A stretch of 51,728 nt of DNA from a virus. Lineage: Duplodnaviria; Caudoviricetes. How positions within the stretch are numbered: the stretch's first letter is position 1; the number at the start of each line of letters is the position of its first letter. The notes below the pieces were generated by a model, which was not told the DNA's origin, did no database searches, and saw only the letters and a list, made by a program, of their open reading frames with translations. A program made the translations under genes and the position numbers. The stretch covers positions 1 to 51,728 of the IMG/VR virus record IMGVR_UViG_3300042326_001602. The stretch is one strand, 5' to 3'. Shown piece by piece: positions 9,798 to 19,159 of this stretch.

Positions 9798-10291
9798 CGG
9801 AATCCTCCAAACCCACGGCTATCACCGAAGCCCTCCGACACCTTCGGCTTCCCGTAGTTCATGCTCGGCTGAAATCCGCCCGCAGTCCCGTTGCGACCGC
9901 GTCCGCCGCTGGCGCGACCGAACTGACCCATTGTTGAGGCCTTGCGCTGCGAGGCATCCCGCATCCGCGTCTCCTGCTCGAGCGGACGATTGCCGCCGGT
10001 ATAGCCGTACCCAGTGACCTGCGGCATTGCTCGAGCCTGAGCCATCCGCTCCGTCGCACCCATCATGGGCTGACGAGCAGCCTGCTGCATCCCCCCGAAC
10101 AGACCGGCCAGCTGGGAGAAGAAATCCCCGCCGGTCGGCATGGGGCCGTAGGTCGGAGCAGGAGCAGGCGGCGTGGCCTGCGGCGCATTCATCGGGTTGT
10201 TGTAGGTAACACCACCCGTCATCGGGTCGATGTACGTCGGCCGGATGTACTGCCGGTCGTTGATGGCATTGAACGTCGGGATAAAGGGCAT
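9794..10291 (-). CDS. Putative internal virion protein (165 aa, P/G/M/Q-rich)
   Basis: Coupled overlaps on both sides; low-complexity composition. Confidence 0.6.
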   Translation of the reverse strand: MPFIPTFNAINDRQYIRPTYIDPMTGGVTYNNPMNAPQATPPAPAPTYGPMPTGGDFFSQLAGLFGGMQQAARQPMMGATERMAQARAMPQVTGYGYTGGNRPLEQETRMRDASQRKASTMGQFGRASGGRGRNGTAGGFQPSMNYGKPKVSEGFGDSRGFGGFR

Positions 10292-13023
10292 TAGTACGTT
10301 CTCCGGGTGCGGTCCGTTGGGAGGATTCTACCCTTTACCTGGACCCCCACCAGCCTGTATTTCAGGTTCGGGATCCATGTTTCCACGAAGGGAGAGAACC
10401 ACTGACCGAGGATCCCGTGCTTGCCAAAAGCCACCCAGTTCGGGGTATCCCCGCGCTGAATCGACTTCTCAATCAGATTCCCGCTCGTGTCAAGCGGGAC
10501 GTCCTCAAGGATTGGAGCTGACTCGTTTTCCCGGTAGATCCCGGCATACCAGTAACGGTACTGCCCCTCCTTACCGACAGTCACGCTGACATCGGTAAAC
10601 ACCGCTCCGACGCTGGTGGGCTGCTTGACCACGAACTCCTCGTCCTTGCTTTCAGCCAGGCGCATCGGAGCCCCCACCCACCGAACGAACACCGGATCCA
10701 GCACGATCGTGGAATCAACCACGGGAGCATCGGTATTAGTCGCCGGCTGAACGGCACCAAGAACGATCTGGTTGCCATCGGCGTCCAGAATCACGCTCTT
10801 TGCGCCAAAGTTGGACTTGCTGCTTCCGCCGGCCACGTATACGGACGCACCAATCATTCGGACCGCAACAGCAGCGCTGCTTGTAAACGGGTTCTTGGTT
10901 CCGAAGGAACAGGTCCTTGCCTTGTTCGTCCGCGTCTGAAGAGTGCACGTGTTGTCGTAGAACGTGTAGCTGCTCGTCACAATCGAGTCGAGATTCGAGC
11001 TGTGCGTCGCCTCGCAGTCAAGCATGGTGACAATCGGAGTAGTCCCGGCCTCCGGGTAACTTTTGTCGCCATATGTCCGGCAAGGCATATACACCGCCGG
11101 CCTGAATGCCGTGTTCGTCACCACGTCCGGAAGCGGAGCGTTGAAGAGGAACAGAGCGCGTGGCACAAGCTGGCCGTCCGCATCCTCCCACCAGCCCTGC
11201 GTCACCTTTGCGAAGCTCATGTCTTGCAGCTCGCTCACCACGCCCGTCGAGAACCACATCTGCACCGCCTGCTGGCGGGTGGGGTTCAGCACGTACATGC
11301 ACAGAGTAGCGGGATCGAACGCCATGCTGACCTTGCTCAGCTCCTGCGCACCAGTCGTACCCGAGTACCACTGCTCGCTCACAAGCTGGTTAATCGACTG
11401 TACGTCGTCTAGCCGTCCGTCAGGGTAGATCGCCTTCAGGCCCCGGTAGTTCATGAAGTACGTCACAGGGCCCACGGTCGTCGCCGCATACGGACCAGTC
11501 ACGCCGTAGCCCTGGTGCGCCGCAAGCACTCGGACATATCCGTTGTCCTTGCTGAACAGCTGAACTCCGTTACGGGTAAGTCCGGTCATGATCTGACCGG
11601 TTCGCCTGAAGCACGTAACCGCATCGCCGACGTTGCTTGGCTTGTAGATGCCGCTGGCCGTGAACAGCTCCGGACTGTCTGCTCCACCGTAGCTCCACCG
11701 CGTCTCGCCAGTACCCGTCAGGTCGCTCGGGCTATCGCTGATGTTTCCCACCAGCATCGTGCCGTCGAGCAGTGCACCCGCTCCGCCCTTCGGCATCTCG
11801 GTGCTGTAGCTCGGCTTGTCCAGGAACACGTCCTGCATCACCAGCGCGCTGTCAGTCAACTGGTACGCGTACCGGAAGTACTTGATGTTCGACCCGGAAG
11901 GCAGCGATGCGCCGCTCACCGGAAGCGTGGTTGTGATATAGGAGCTCAGCGTGATCTGCGCCTCGAGCTGAAGGATCCCGCTCGTGTACGCACCAGCAGC
12001 ATTTCCCGTCCGAACGCTACGGTAGATGTTCAGCGTGTCGTAGTAGTCGTTGTTGTAGATGCCGTCGATCAGGAAAGCGTTGGAACCGCCAGTGAACGTC
12101 AGCTCGATGTTGGTCGTGAGCTGGCTCTTCCGCCCGCTCCTCGTGTCCTCGAACTGCACCGCAAGGCTGTACGTTCCCGCCAACTGGACCGGCGCAGTCG
12201 CAAAGTTGCTGATCGGTGCGGCACCACTTGCATCATTCGGGTTTGTAGTGGTCCTCGCAAACACGACGCTGCCAAGCGGATTACCGCCAGTCGCCGGGTT
12301 CGGGAACGGAGTGGTCAGAGGAGCGGCGGGCGCAAGGTTGTGCGTTGAGCTGTTGCCAAACGTACCGGAGAACAGCGTTGACTTCGGGATGACACCGGGG
12401 CCCGCGGGAGACACGAGCGTAGCCGGCGTGCTGCTAGTGCTCACAACCTTGAAGTACACCGCAATCGGAGGCACACCGCGGCGGAAGATGTAGACCGCCT
12501 TGCCGGTGGTCTCCACGCTCATCACCGCCTTGCCCTGGTCTGCGAGCAGGCTTGCCGCACCAGGCTGGATGTTTTCCTGCAGCAAAATCGTCCTGAACTG
12601 GGGAGTCGTAGTGCCGTTCGGCGCGTAGAACTCCATTATCAGGTCATAGGCATTGTTGCAGGTAGGTGTCGTCATGTCGTTCGGACGACGCACCAGATAC
12701 ACGTACCCAAACACGCGGGTACTTGCGCCTGCGATTACGCTGAAGGACCAGAAGTCGACAACCCGAGAACGATGCGCAAGGCTTGTATACGGATTGCTTC
12801 CGGTAAACGAGATCCCGCCGTAGGTGCTGTTAACAGACTCCGGTGCAAATCGGTGGATCTCGCGGAAGCCGGGAAACGGCTGGATGCCGCCGTTGTTCGA
12901 GCCGTCGACCCCCACCAGCTCCGCGGCATTTGCAGCAGGAGTGCCGGTGCGTGCGGTTGCCTTGTTCTCGCTGGCGGTCAGGAGAGAATAAGTCCAATTG
13001 ACATCGGTTTCCGGGACCTGCAT
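10291..13023 (-). CDS. Putative tail tubular protein B / nozzle-like protein (910 aa)
   Basis: Beta-rich with a propeller-like central region (ETRWS..., GVTGPYA...VTYFMNYRGL); size and position match a podovirus nozzle. Confidence 0.55.
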   Translation of the reverse strand: MQVPETDVNWTYSLLTASENKATARTGTPAANAAELVGVDGSNNGGIQPFPGFREIHRFAPESVNSTYGGISFTGSNPYTSLAHRSRVVDFWSFSVIAGASTRVFGYVYLVRRPNDMTTPTCNNAYDLIMEFYAPNGTTTPQFRTILLQENIQPGAASLLADQGKAVMSVETTGKAVYIFRRGVPPIAVYFKVVSTSSTPATLVSPAGPGVIPKSTLFSGTFGNSSTHNLAPAAPLTTPFPNPATGGNPLGSVVFARTTTNPNDASGAAPISNFATAPVQLAGTYSLAVQFEDTRSGRKSQLTTNIELTFTGGSNAFLIDGIYNNDYYDTLNIYRSVRTGNAAGAYTSGILQLEAQITLSSYITTTLPVSGASLPSGSNIKYFRYAYQLTDSALVMQDVFLDKPSYSTEMPKGGAGALLDGTMLVGNISDSPSDLTGTGETRWSYGGADSPELFTASGIYKPSNVGDAVTCFRRTGQIMTGLTRNGVQLFSKDNGYVRVLAAHQGYGVTGPYAATTVGPVTYFMNYRGLKAIYPDGRLDDVQSINQLVSEQWYSGTTGAQELSKVSMAFDPATLCMYVLNPTRQQAVQMWFSTGVVSELQDMSFAKVTQGWWEDADGQLVPRALFLFNAPLPDVVTNTAFRPAVYMPCRTYGDKSYPEAGTTPIVTMLDCEATHSSNLDSIVTSSYTFYDNTCTLQTRTNKARTCSFGTKNPFTSSAAVAVRMIGASVYVAGGSSKSNFGAKSVILDADGNQIVLGAVQPATNTDAPVVDSTIVLDPVFVRWVGAPMRLAESKDEEFVVKQPTSVGAVFTDVSVTVGKEGQYRYWYAGIYRENESAPILEDVPLDTSGNLIEKSIQRGDTPNWVAFGKHGILGQWFSPFVETWIPNLKYRLVGVQVKGRILPTDRTRRTY

Positions 13024-13025
13024 GG

Positions 13026-13361
13026 CTAGATGTTACCCGTCCATTTCCCCAACGGGCACGTCGCGCCCGGCATTTCCCACTTGACCTGCAACCGGCTTCG
13101 TTCCCACTCGGGGCAACCGCAGCTCTGGCAATACCACTCTGCATCGCCTGCCTTCCTACAGCTCTCGCAGGAATCGCAAGAAGCCTTCCTTGCCTCAAGC
13201 TTCGGCAACGGAACACTCGAAACAACTGCGCTGATCTCGGCTTTTGCGTACTCAAGGACTTTCTTTGCGATGCCTGATTTCTTGACGTCGAGAACCTTGA
13301 GCTCGCCCGTTTCAATGTTCTGGTCAAGCTCGTACATCCAACCCTTGATTTGAATCTTCAT
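13026..13361 (-). CDS. Small Cys-rich protein (CxxCxxC...CxxCGC...CPLGKW)
   Basis: This Cys pattern ending in CPLGKW resembles small phage proteins found beside tail genes (DUF6171-like, from memory). Confidence 0.7.
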   Translation of the reverse strand: MKIQIKGWMYELDQNIETGELKVLDVKKSGIAKKVLEYAKAEISAVVSSVPLPKLEARKASCDSCESCRKAGDAEWYCQSCGCPEWERSRLQVKWEMPGATCPLGKWTGNI

Positions 13362-14884
13362 TCAAACCTCCAGACCCCGTAAAGAGTCATTGACGTTTCA
13401 AAAGTGACTACCGGAATGTCGGTGATTGTGCTTGACGCATTCCAGCCGTGCCAGCTGATGGTGCCTGGTGGGCAGTCAAAGAATCCGCCGGCTCCGGTAA
13501 GGATATTTGCAGGAGGAAATCCGCATCCTGTAGTGGCTGTATAAGAAAATCCAAAGCACCCAAACATTTGATTTGTGCATTGAGAACAAGCAAGATTCCA
13601 ACTAACAGTCTCGGAAAAAAGTCCTGGAGTGCTATCCAGCGAGTAGTTTCTGATTGAATCACCGGGTGACTCGCTCCAGTAATCCAAGATGTTGTAAGCA
13701 AGCACTGGGAACCCAACATTGCAACCAATAAACAACTGATCATTCGGAAGTTTTGGGTCTACAAGGTAGAAAGGCTGATCAGCAAACCCGCCCGGAAACT
13801 TTGGATATCGCTCGCGAAGAAGCCAAGACTCGTAGGCTTCATGCGTGTCAGCCTCTCCTTGAGAAACAGCTGTTGAATACTGAAGATTTACAGATGAAAC
13901 ACAAGAACCAGATGCAAACGTCTGAAGAAAATGAGACGAAGAGATGTTGGAAGGCGGGACTTTTTCTCCAGCAAGTATGAGCGGAAAACCAATACTGCAG
14001 CTAGCGACATTGATTTGCGAGAACTCGGTCTCTTTAAGGTCGGAGACCAAGGCAACCGAACCAAGAATTCCCGATGGCACGGATGCCAGGAAGAGAGTAG
14101 AACCAGCTGCGGCAGAAATTGCTGTTGCCGCTGCAGACAATGTGCCGCTAAACGTGTACTCGGTCCCCGAGTTGTTACGCAGAATGATTTGTCCTCCGGA
14201 TGCAGATGCTTCCCACGGACCAGAAGCAATGGCTCCAGACCGAAGCTGGATTACTATTCCGTCCTTGTTCGAGCTTGCAACCGGCTTGTAGTAAAAGCTT
14301 ATTGAAGTTGGAACACCAGTTCCGGCTCCACCCCAAGTGGAGCCGGTAGTGCTAAACCAAACTTGCGGTTCTCTTGAAACTGCTTGAAGCGTTGTTTCAA
14401 CAGGACTGCAGCAGTTATCGTAGTTTGAACCCCAATCGAAATACGTGTCAACGCCTGCCGTGTATTCAATCTTGTAGTAACTAGCTGTGTACGAATACCT
14501 CATAACAACTGCATTGAAGTTGTTGCAGATCACCGTGTTGGTGCCAGGTCTCTTGTAGACAGAACCAGTGAAGGAATGAACCAAAGACGATGAGTATGAC
14601 CATTCATACTCCTGGATCCAGTACCCCCCGCTGTTCTGAACGCGGTCGTAAATTACAGCAGTAAGGCTTTCAATCTTTGAGTTATGAACCCGGTAGGGCC
14701 TTCCGGCGATGCAAAAGGGAGCCGGCTGGTTGTTTATGTAGGAGTAGAAGCAAAGATCGGAGTAATCTCCGTTGCATTCAACTCTTGCCCTTCTGACGAT
14801 CTTGCCGAAACCAGCTACGTCAAATTTCGGCAAGTCGTTGCTGCAGACAGCCGGGTCACATGCTGCAATCTGGCGACCGAGCAT
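13358..14884 (-). CDS. Cys/Ser/Thr-rich putative tail fibre or receptor-binding protein (508 aa), low GC
   Basis: Coupled overlaps; in the tail region; visibly AT-richer with relaxed codon bias. Confidence 0.55.
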   Translation of the reverse strand: MLGRQIAACDPAVCSNDLPKFDVAGFGKIVRRARVECNGDYSDLCFYSYINNQPAPFCIAGRPYRVHNSKIESLTAVIYDRVQNSGGYWIQEYEWSYSSSLVHSFTGSVYKRPGTNTVICNNFNAVVMRYSYTASYYKIEYTAGVDTYFDWGSNYDNCCSPVETTLQAVSREPQVWFSTTGSTWGGAGTGVPTSISFYYKPVASSNKDGIVIQLRSGAIASGPWEASASGGQIILRNNSGTEYTFSGTLSAAATAISAAAGSTLFLASVPSGILGSVALVSDLKETEFSQINVASCSIGFPLILAGEKVPPSNISSSHFLQTFASGSCVSSVNLQYSTAVSQGEADTHEAYESWLLRERYPKFPGGFADQPFYLVDPKLPNDQLFIGCNVGFPVLAYNILDYWSESPGDSIRNYSLDSTPGLFSETVSWNLACSQCTNQMFGCFGFSYTATTGCGFPPANILTGAGGFFDCPPGTISWHGWNASSTITDIPVVTFETSMTLYGVWRFE

Positions 14885-15615
14885 CAGCAGCCTCCGTCAA
14901 TTCTATTTGGAGCGCTGAACCAGTACTCCAACACGCCGCTTACAGCAGACGTTTGCTCAAGTCTGACATACGTGTTTGCAGGAACGCTGCGGATGTAGTA
15001 GCTCGTACCCGTGATCTTGTCGCCAGTTCCGGCATCGACCGTATACCCATACCCCACCGTGCCGGTGTTTGCGCGCTCAAGTAGGTTGTACGCAGTAACA
15101 ACCGAGCCGCCGGAAAGAGTCACGGTGTACGACCAGATTGACTTCGTTGCGTTCTTTGCGCCTACCGAGGTAATTTGCCCGTACAGCAGCCCACCACCGC
15201 CACCTCCGGTGTCCTGATATTCAACAACGGCGATGTTTGAAGTCGCTCCTGGCGCAACTTGCACCAAGCCTGTGCCGGTAAATTGGATTGTGTCAATTCC
15301 CGACAAGCTTGTCGGAACAGACGGATCCTCAACCGTAATCGTCGTAGTTGTTGCCGTTCCGCCAGTACCAGCAGGCTGAATGACAACCGGCGGAAGCGCA
15401 GGGGGAAGCGTGATGCCCGGAAGCGTAAACGTGGGATTCCCGAAGCTCGGAAAGGTAAGAGGCGGAAATCCAGGCTGAGCGTTACTACCGCCGAATGGAG
15501 CAAGCTCTGTCGAAATAAGGGCAGAACCCTCGCCTCCATAGACGAACTGGGGATTGAATCGGCGCTCGTGGCCGAACCCCACCATCCGAGGATCGCCGTC
15601 TTCGCCGAGAGCCAT
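14884..15615 (-). CDS. Putative tail / baseplate-associated protein (243 aa)
   Basis: Pro/Thr linker, poly-Gly hinge, beta-rich C-terminal domain ending in FSAPNRIDGGC. Confidence 0.6.
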   Translation of the reverse strand: MALGEDGDPRMVGFGHERRFNPQFVYGGEGSALISTELAPFGGSNAQPGFPPLTFPSFGNPTFTLPGITLPPALPPVVIQPAGTGGTATTTTITVEDPSVPTSLSGIDTIQFTGTGLVQVAPGATSNIAVVEYQDTGGGGGGLLYGQITSVGAKNATKSIWSYTVTLSGGSVVTAYNLLERANTGTVGYGYTVDAGTGDKITGTSYYIRSVPANTYVRLEQTSAVSGVLEYWFSAPNRIDGGC

Positions 15616-16538
15616 TAGATCCTCCAGGCCTGGCCAAGCGGATTGTCAACCGTGTCCTTCTCCCACGCCTTGGGCATACGCATCTGGATGTTGCTGTAGT
15701 GATCCATCGCAGTCTTCATCGCGTCACGGTACGCAGCCTGAATCATGCCAAAGTGCTCGCCGCTCAGCTTCCGGTAGCTCGCAAGCTTCATCGCACTGGC
15801 AGCCGCAATAGCCTCGTACAGCGGTTCGCTGCCCTCTGGCGCGATCTCGAACGCCGGCATGTTTCCGCTGGACGCGTAAGTGAACGGCTTCCTAAGCGTC
15901 GCCTTCCACGTTGTGCCGCTCACGTACTCCCACTTGCTGATGACCCGCTCCTCATGCACGGCAGTCGTGTTCAGGATGCGGAGCATCTGGCCCACATACG
16001 CGCTGGGCCTGCGGTCCCATGCACCCATCGTCGGGTTTGCGGCAGTGCTAATCGTCACCTCGTCCTTCGCCACGTTGAGCGTGAAAGACGAGACACCGCC
16101 GGTGGTATACGCGGCGCTGAAGTCACCGCTGTGGATGTACCACAGTTCCAGGTTCGTGTAGTCGGCATCCGGGTAAGGAAGGAAGCTGAGAAGGTTTCCC
16201 TCGATCTTCCAGTTCTGTCCCCGAAGGTTGTAGAGACCGCGAGGAATAGCCTCCTGCATGACCTGACCGCGCTCGTCTAGCTGGCAGATGCGAAGAATCT
16301 CGCCAACGCACGGGGGGATCTGGTAGTCAGACACGTTCCGAGTGATCGGAAACGAGAGCCGCTGCATGATCGTCCCGGTCGACGAGTTGTTGATGCGGCT
16401 CATCACGCTCGCGAAAGCGGGCTGCATGATGTGGCGAACGATGTAGTCGTCGCTGTACTTGGCCTCCAGGTCGGGGTCATCAAGGAACCCGCGAACCCGT
16501 TCAACCACAGTCTTCAGCATGCTTCCGCTTGAGTCCAC
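15615..16538 (-). CDS. Putative head-tail adaptor / tail tubular protein A (307 aa)
   Basis: Helical N- and C-termini around a beta insert; lies between capsid and nozzle genes. Confidence 0.6.
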   Translation of the reverse strand: MDSSGSMLKTVVERVRGFLDDPDLEAKYSDDYIVRHIMQPAFASVMSRINNSSTGTIMQRLSFPITRNVSDYQIPPCVGEILRICQLDERGQVMQEAIPRGLYNLRGQNWKIEGNLLSFLPYPDADYTNLELWYIHSGDFSAAYTTGGVSSFTLNVAKDEVTISTAANPTMGAWDRRPSAYVGQMLRILNTTAVHEERVISKWEYVSGTTWKATLRKPFTYASSGNMPAFEIAPEGSEPLYEAIAAASAMKLASYRKLSGEHFGMIQAAYRDAMKTAMDHYSNIQMRMPKAWEKDTVDNPLGQAWRI

Positions 16539-16539
16539 G

Positions 16540-17091
16540 TTACACCGCCTTCGTCATTGACATGAGTTCGCTGACAGTCTCCGCGTACTGCTCGTTGCAC
16601 TCGCTCGGAGCAGTCCAGCCAACCGCACCGGTCTCGAGCATCCGAGCGCCCTGCTCCATGTTGTGCTTCTTCATGTACTTGACCGCGTTCTTCTTGCTCT
16701 GGATGCGCTCGTCCTTCATGGCATTCCGGTGACTGGCTGCGCGACGCAGACGCTCCTTCATCGCAGCAACGGTCTCCTCGACCGGCCTGCACCTGGCGAG
16801 CAGTGCCTCCCCCACCAGCCGACCGCTTCCAGGCATGTCCGGAGGAAGGGGCATTGACTCGAGTTCAAGGGCAACAGGGCTATCGGTAATGGTGGGTGGA
16901 AAGATCCACTTGGCGAGGACCCAGCTCTTCGCGAGTTTGTGGTAGTAGACAAAGAGGTCCTGGATGCCGGTCATACGCCTGGCATACCGAATCCACTCTC
17001 CGTCCGGACATACCTCATGCTCGTCTCCAATTGCGAGTCCGGCAAGGGAAGCCTCGGTCTTAGGGTCGAAGACAATTTCGATCTCGGTCAT
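16540..17091 (-). CDS. Hypothetical late protein (183 aa)
   Basis: GGAGG RBS; tightly packed with neighbours. Confidence 0.7.
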   Translation of the reverse strand: MTEIEIVFDPKTEASLAGLAIGDEHEVCPDGEWIRYARRMTGIQDLFVYYHKLAKSWVLAKWIFPPTITDSPVALELESMPLPPDMPGSGRLVGEALLARCRPVEETVAAMKERLRRAASHRNAMKDERIQSKKNAVKYMKKHNMEQGARMLETGAVGWTAPSECNEQYAETVSELMSMTKAV

Positions 17092-17345
17092 GACATTCCT
17101 CCGCCCCGCCGAAATTTAGCGATGACCTTGTTATATTCCTCTCGAGTCATGCCAGGACGGGGACTAGTTCCTGTGATCCTCTTGTACATGTCTACCTCCG
17201 CCTGTGTCAAGCCCCTTCCGGGACCAGATGCAGGCTTAGGCGCAGGCCGCGGCAACCGCTTGGGCTTTGGCAGCTCAGGAGAAACATCCGGTGCTTCCCT
17301 GATCTTCCGTTGCAGAATCTCTCGCCAGCTCGGTTCGGGCTTCAT
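17088..17345 (-). CDS. Small basic Pro-rich protein (85 aa)
   Basis: ATGA overlaps on both sides. Confidence 0.6.
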   Translation of the reverse strand: MKPEPSWREILQRKIREAPDVSPELPKPKRLPRPAPKPASGPGRGLTQAEVDMYKRITGTSPRPGMTREEYNKVIAKFRRGGGMS

Positions 17346-17509
17346 CGCTTCTTCGCCATCTTCCTGAAGGTCTCAGCAAGCTTGTGGCGCCTGCTTCCGG
17401 GCGGGCAGGTGGGGCCGCCAAACTTAGGGCCGGTGCAAACGCCAGCCGTGCCCCGCTTCTTGATACTTTCCCTGACCTTGCCGATCCAGTTGGTGGGGTT
17501 CTTCGCCAC
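17342..17509 (-). CDS. Small basic protein (55 aa, MAKNPTNWIGKVRESIKKRG...LAETFRKMAKKR)
   Basis: AAGGAG RBS before GTG 17509; this is the C-terminal part of track ORF 17342-17773. Confidence 0.7.
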   Translation of the reverse strand: MAKNPTNWIGKVRESIKKRGTAGVCTGPKFGGPTCPPGSRRHKLAETFRKMAKKR

Positions 17510-17530
17510 GACATGCTCCTTATCGAAAGT

Positions 17531-17554
17531 GGGGCCGGCCCTTCGACCGGCCCC
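17531..17554. promoter_or_regulatory. GC-rich hairpin inside the small basic gene cluster
   Basis: GGGGCCGG-CCCTTCGA-CCGGCCCC. Confidence 0.45.
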
Positions 17555-17589
17555 TGCGGGAGTCCCTGCCCGCCCACCCCTCAGGTGGT

Positions 17590-17742
17590 TCAGTAGCCCT
17601 TCATCTTGCCGAACGACATGCCCTTGGCACGGCCCTTCAGCTTCAGGCTCTTCTTGAAGCCGCCAGCCGTAGAAAGACCCTTGGGCTTCTTCGGTGAGAT
17701 TGACCTCTTGATCTTGCGCTTGAATGCTGAGAGCGGGTTCAC
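17590..17742 (-). CDS. Small Lys-rich protein (50 aa, MNPLSAFKRKIKRS...GKMKGY); not in the ORF track
   Basis: Read manually; GTGA start/stop overlap with the upstream gene. Confidence 0.6.
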   Translation of the reverse strand: MNPLSAFKRKIKRSISPKKPKGLSTAGGFKKSLKLKGRAKGMSFGKMKGY

Positions 17743-17894
17743 TTACGAGGACTTCCTTCTCCGCCAATGCCACCAGCAGTCATTGACGGCCGGGCAGCTC
17801 CGACTCCACGGGACAGGCGAGGATTGCGGGAGGCAAGAAGCGGGTTGTTACCGCGAATCTTGATCCTCATCTTCTTCTTGGGTGTCTGGTCCAT
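17739..17894 (-). CDS. Small basic protein (51 aa, MDQTPKKKMRIKIRG...)
   Basis: TAATG coupling at 17894; GGAGG upstream. Confidence 0.6.
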   Translation of the reverse strand: MDQTPKKKMRIKIRGNNPLLASRNPRLSRGVGAARPSMTAGGIGGEGSPRK

Positions 17895-17971
17895 TACTTG
17901 CAGCCTCCATTGCAGTTGCACATCATCTTGCCGCAGCTCTTGCAGCCCTTGACCTTGATCTTCTTAGCCAT
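17894..17971 (-). CDS. 25-aa Lys/Cys peptide MAKKIKVKGCKSCGKMMCNCNGGCK; not in the ORF track
   Basis: AAGGAG RBS upstream; overlaps the previous stop; TAATG coupling downstream. Confidence 0.6.
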   Translation of the reverse strand: MAKKIKVKGCKSCGKMMCNCNGGCK

Positions 17972-18338
17972 TGCCGAGTCTCCTTAGTCGCCGAATAGGC
18001 GACACCTTCTTGCCGAACGCGCCGTGCATACCAACACGGCTCTTCTCCGCCTTCTTCCTTGCCAGCTCCCCCCCACCCATCTCGCCCTTCGTCTTGGGCG
18101 TCTTGCTGCTCACGCGGCGGGTGGGGCGGCAGTACTCATTCGATCCGCCTGCACCGCACGGCTTTCCCGTCTTGGTGTCCTGCCACTTCTCCGCACCCCA
18201 CCGCTTCAGGTTCGCGCCGGCCTGCGTCTTCCGCACGTTGCCGCTGGCTTTCCTGCACTTGGCCGTGGCCTGCGCTGCACGCGCCGACCACTTGCCGTAC
18301 GAGGCCATCACCTTGCGGTAGCACGCGTCCTTCGCCAT
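17964..18338 (-). CDS. Basic phage protein, DUF5872-like (124 aa)
   Basis: WSARAAQ...LKRWGAEKW...YCRP..RVSSKTPKT pattern, recognised from memory. Confidence 0.7.
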   Translation of the reverse strand: MAKDACYRKVMASYGKWSARAAQATAKCRKASGNVRKTQAGANLKRWGAEKWQDTKTGKPCGAGGSNEYCRPTRRVSSKTPKTKGEMGGGELARKKAEKSRVGMHGAFGKKVSPIRRLRRLGNG

Positions 18339-18339
18339 G

Positions 18340-18582
18340 TCAGCACTTCCAAGCTCTGCGCGCCTTGCGCAAACGACTGTTCGGATCCTTTGCAGCCTTC
18401 GGCCACATCTTCATCTGGCCCGCCGATCGGGCACAGAACGAGTCGCGACGAGATCCACCCTCGGGTTGCGGACGCTTGAGGTTTCCGCCCGTAGCGCGGT
18501 TGTAGGCACGCCGCCCGAGCTCAGTAAGCCCGCCAGCGGGATTCTTGTGCTTGGCCTTGAAATCGAAGCGCTTCTTAGCCAT
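18340..18582 (-). CDS. Basic phage protein, DUF6321-like (80 aa)
   Basis: KNPAGGLT..GR..YNR.TG.NLK.P......RR.SFCAR...W.C pattern, recognised from memory. Confidence 0.75.
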   Translation of the reverse strand: MAKKRFDFKAKHKNPAGGLTELGRRAYNRATGGNLKRPQPEGGSRRDSFCARSAGQMKMWPKAAKDPNSRLRKARRAWKC

Positions 18583-19082
18583 TAGAACGGGTACTCCGTT
18601 TCCCCTCTTTGAAACGCCCTATCAAGATCCTTATTCAAGTCTAGATCGCTTGGCTTTCCACCACGCTTGCTCAAAGCTCTTGCAAGAACCTTAAACATCC
18701 TGTCCCGAGAAGGCTGATCCTTGATCTTTGACTTGATCAAATTCCTAAGAGCTTTAGGAATATAGGAAATTCCATCTATCGGTTCCATCGCAACATCAAT
18801 TTGTCTGCTCCTAGTTCTTTTCTGTGCTCGCTCAAGCCGCGTCTGCTTCCTGTTTGGTTGAAGAATGGCATATCTAGGACCTTTCATCCATTCAACACTA
18901 AGCTCGCCATCATCGCCCTCAACCAACACCTCACCACCTGCACGAGCTTCCTGATCCATGTTTTCTGCAAATTCGCTTTCAGGTCGGCGAGGTCCGATGA
19001 ACTTGCGGCTTCCTTCCTTCACAAGCTCCTTGCGTGTAGAGGAGGGAGCGGTTCTGCCTTTGACCTTGACGCGCTTTGCCAT
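18582..19082 (-). CDS. Basic hypothetical protein (166 aa); 3' half AT-richer
   Basis: First gene after the capsid terminator; TAATG coupling downstream. Confidence 0.65.
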   Translation of the reverse strand: MAKRVKVKGRTAPSSTRKELVKEGSRKFIGPRRPESEFAENMDQEARAGGEVLVEGDDGELSVEWMKGPRYAILQPNRKQTRLERAQKRTRSRQIDVAMEPIDGISYIPKALRNLIKSKIKDQPSRDRMFKVLARALSKRGGKPSDLDLNKDLDRAFQRGETEYPF

Positions 19083-19096
19083 GTTGGCATTTTAGC

Positions 19097-19136
19097 AAAG
19101 AAGAAGGGGTGTGCCCCGAAGGACACACCCCTTTTT
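19097..19136 (-). terminator. Intrinsic terminator after the major capsid gene
   Basis: Minus strand GGGGTGTGTCC-TTCG-GGGCACACCCC followed by TTCTTCTTT. Confidence 0.85.
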
Positions 19137-19159
19137 GCCTTGCGTCGATAGGTGGCCTC

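Noticed and set aside
17342-17773. 143-aa ORF as annotated in the track
   Set aside because: The RBS and coupling pattern support separate small genes, with the real start at 17509.
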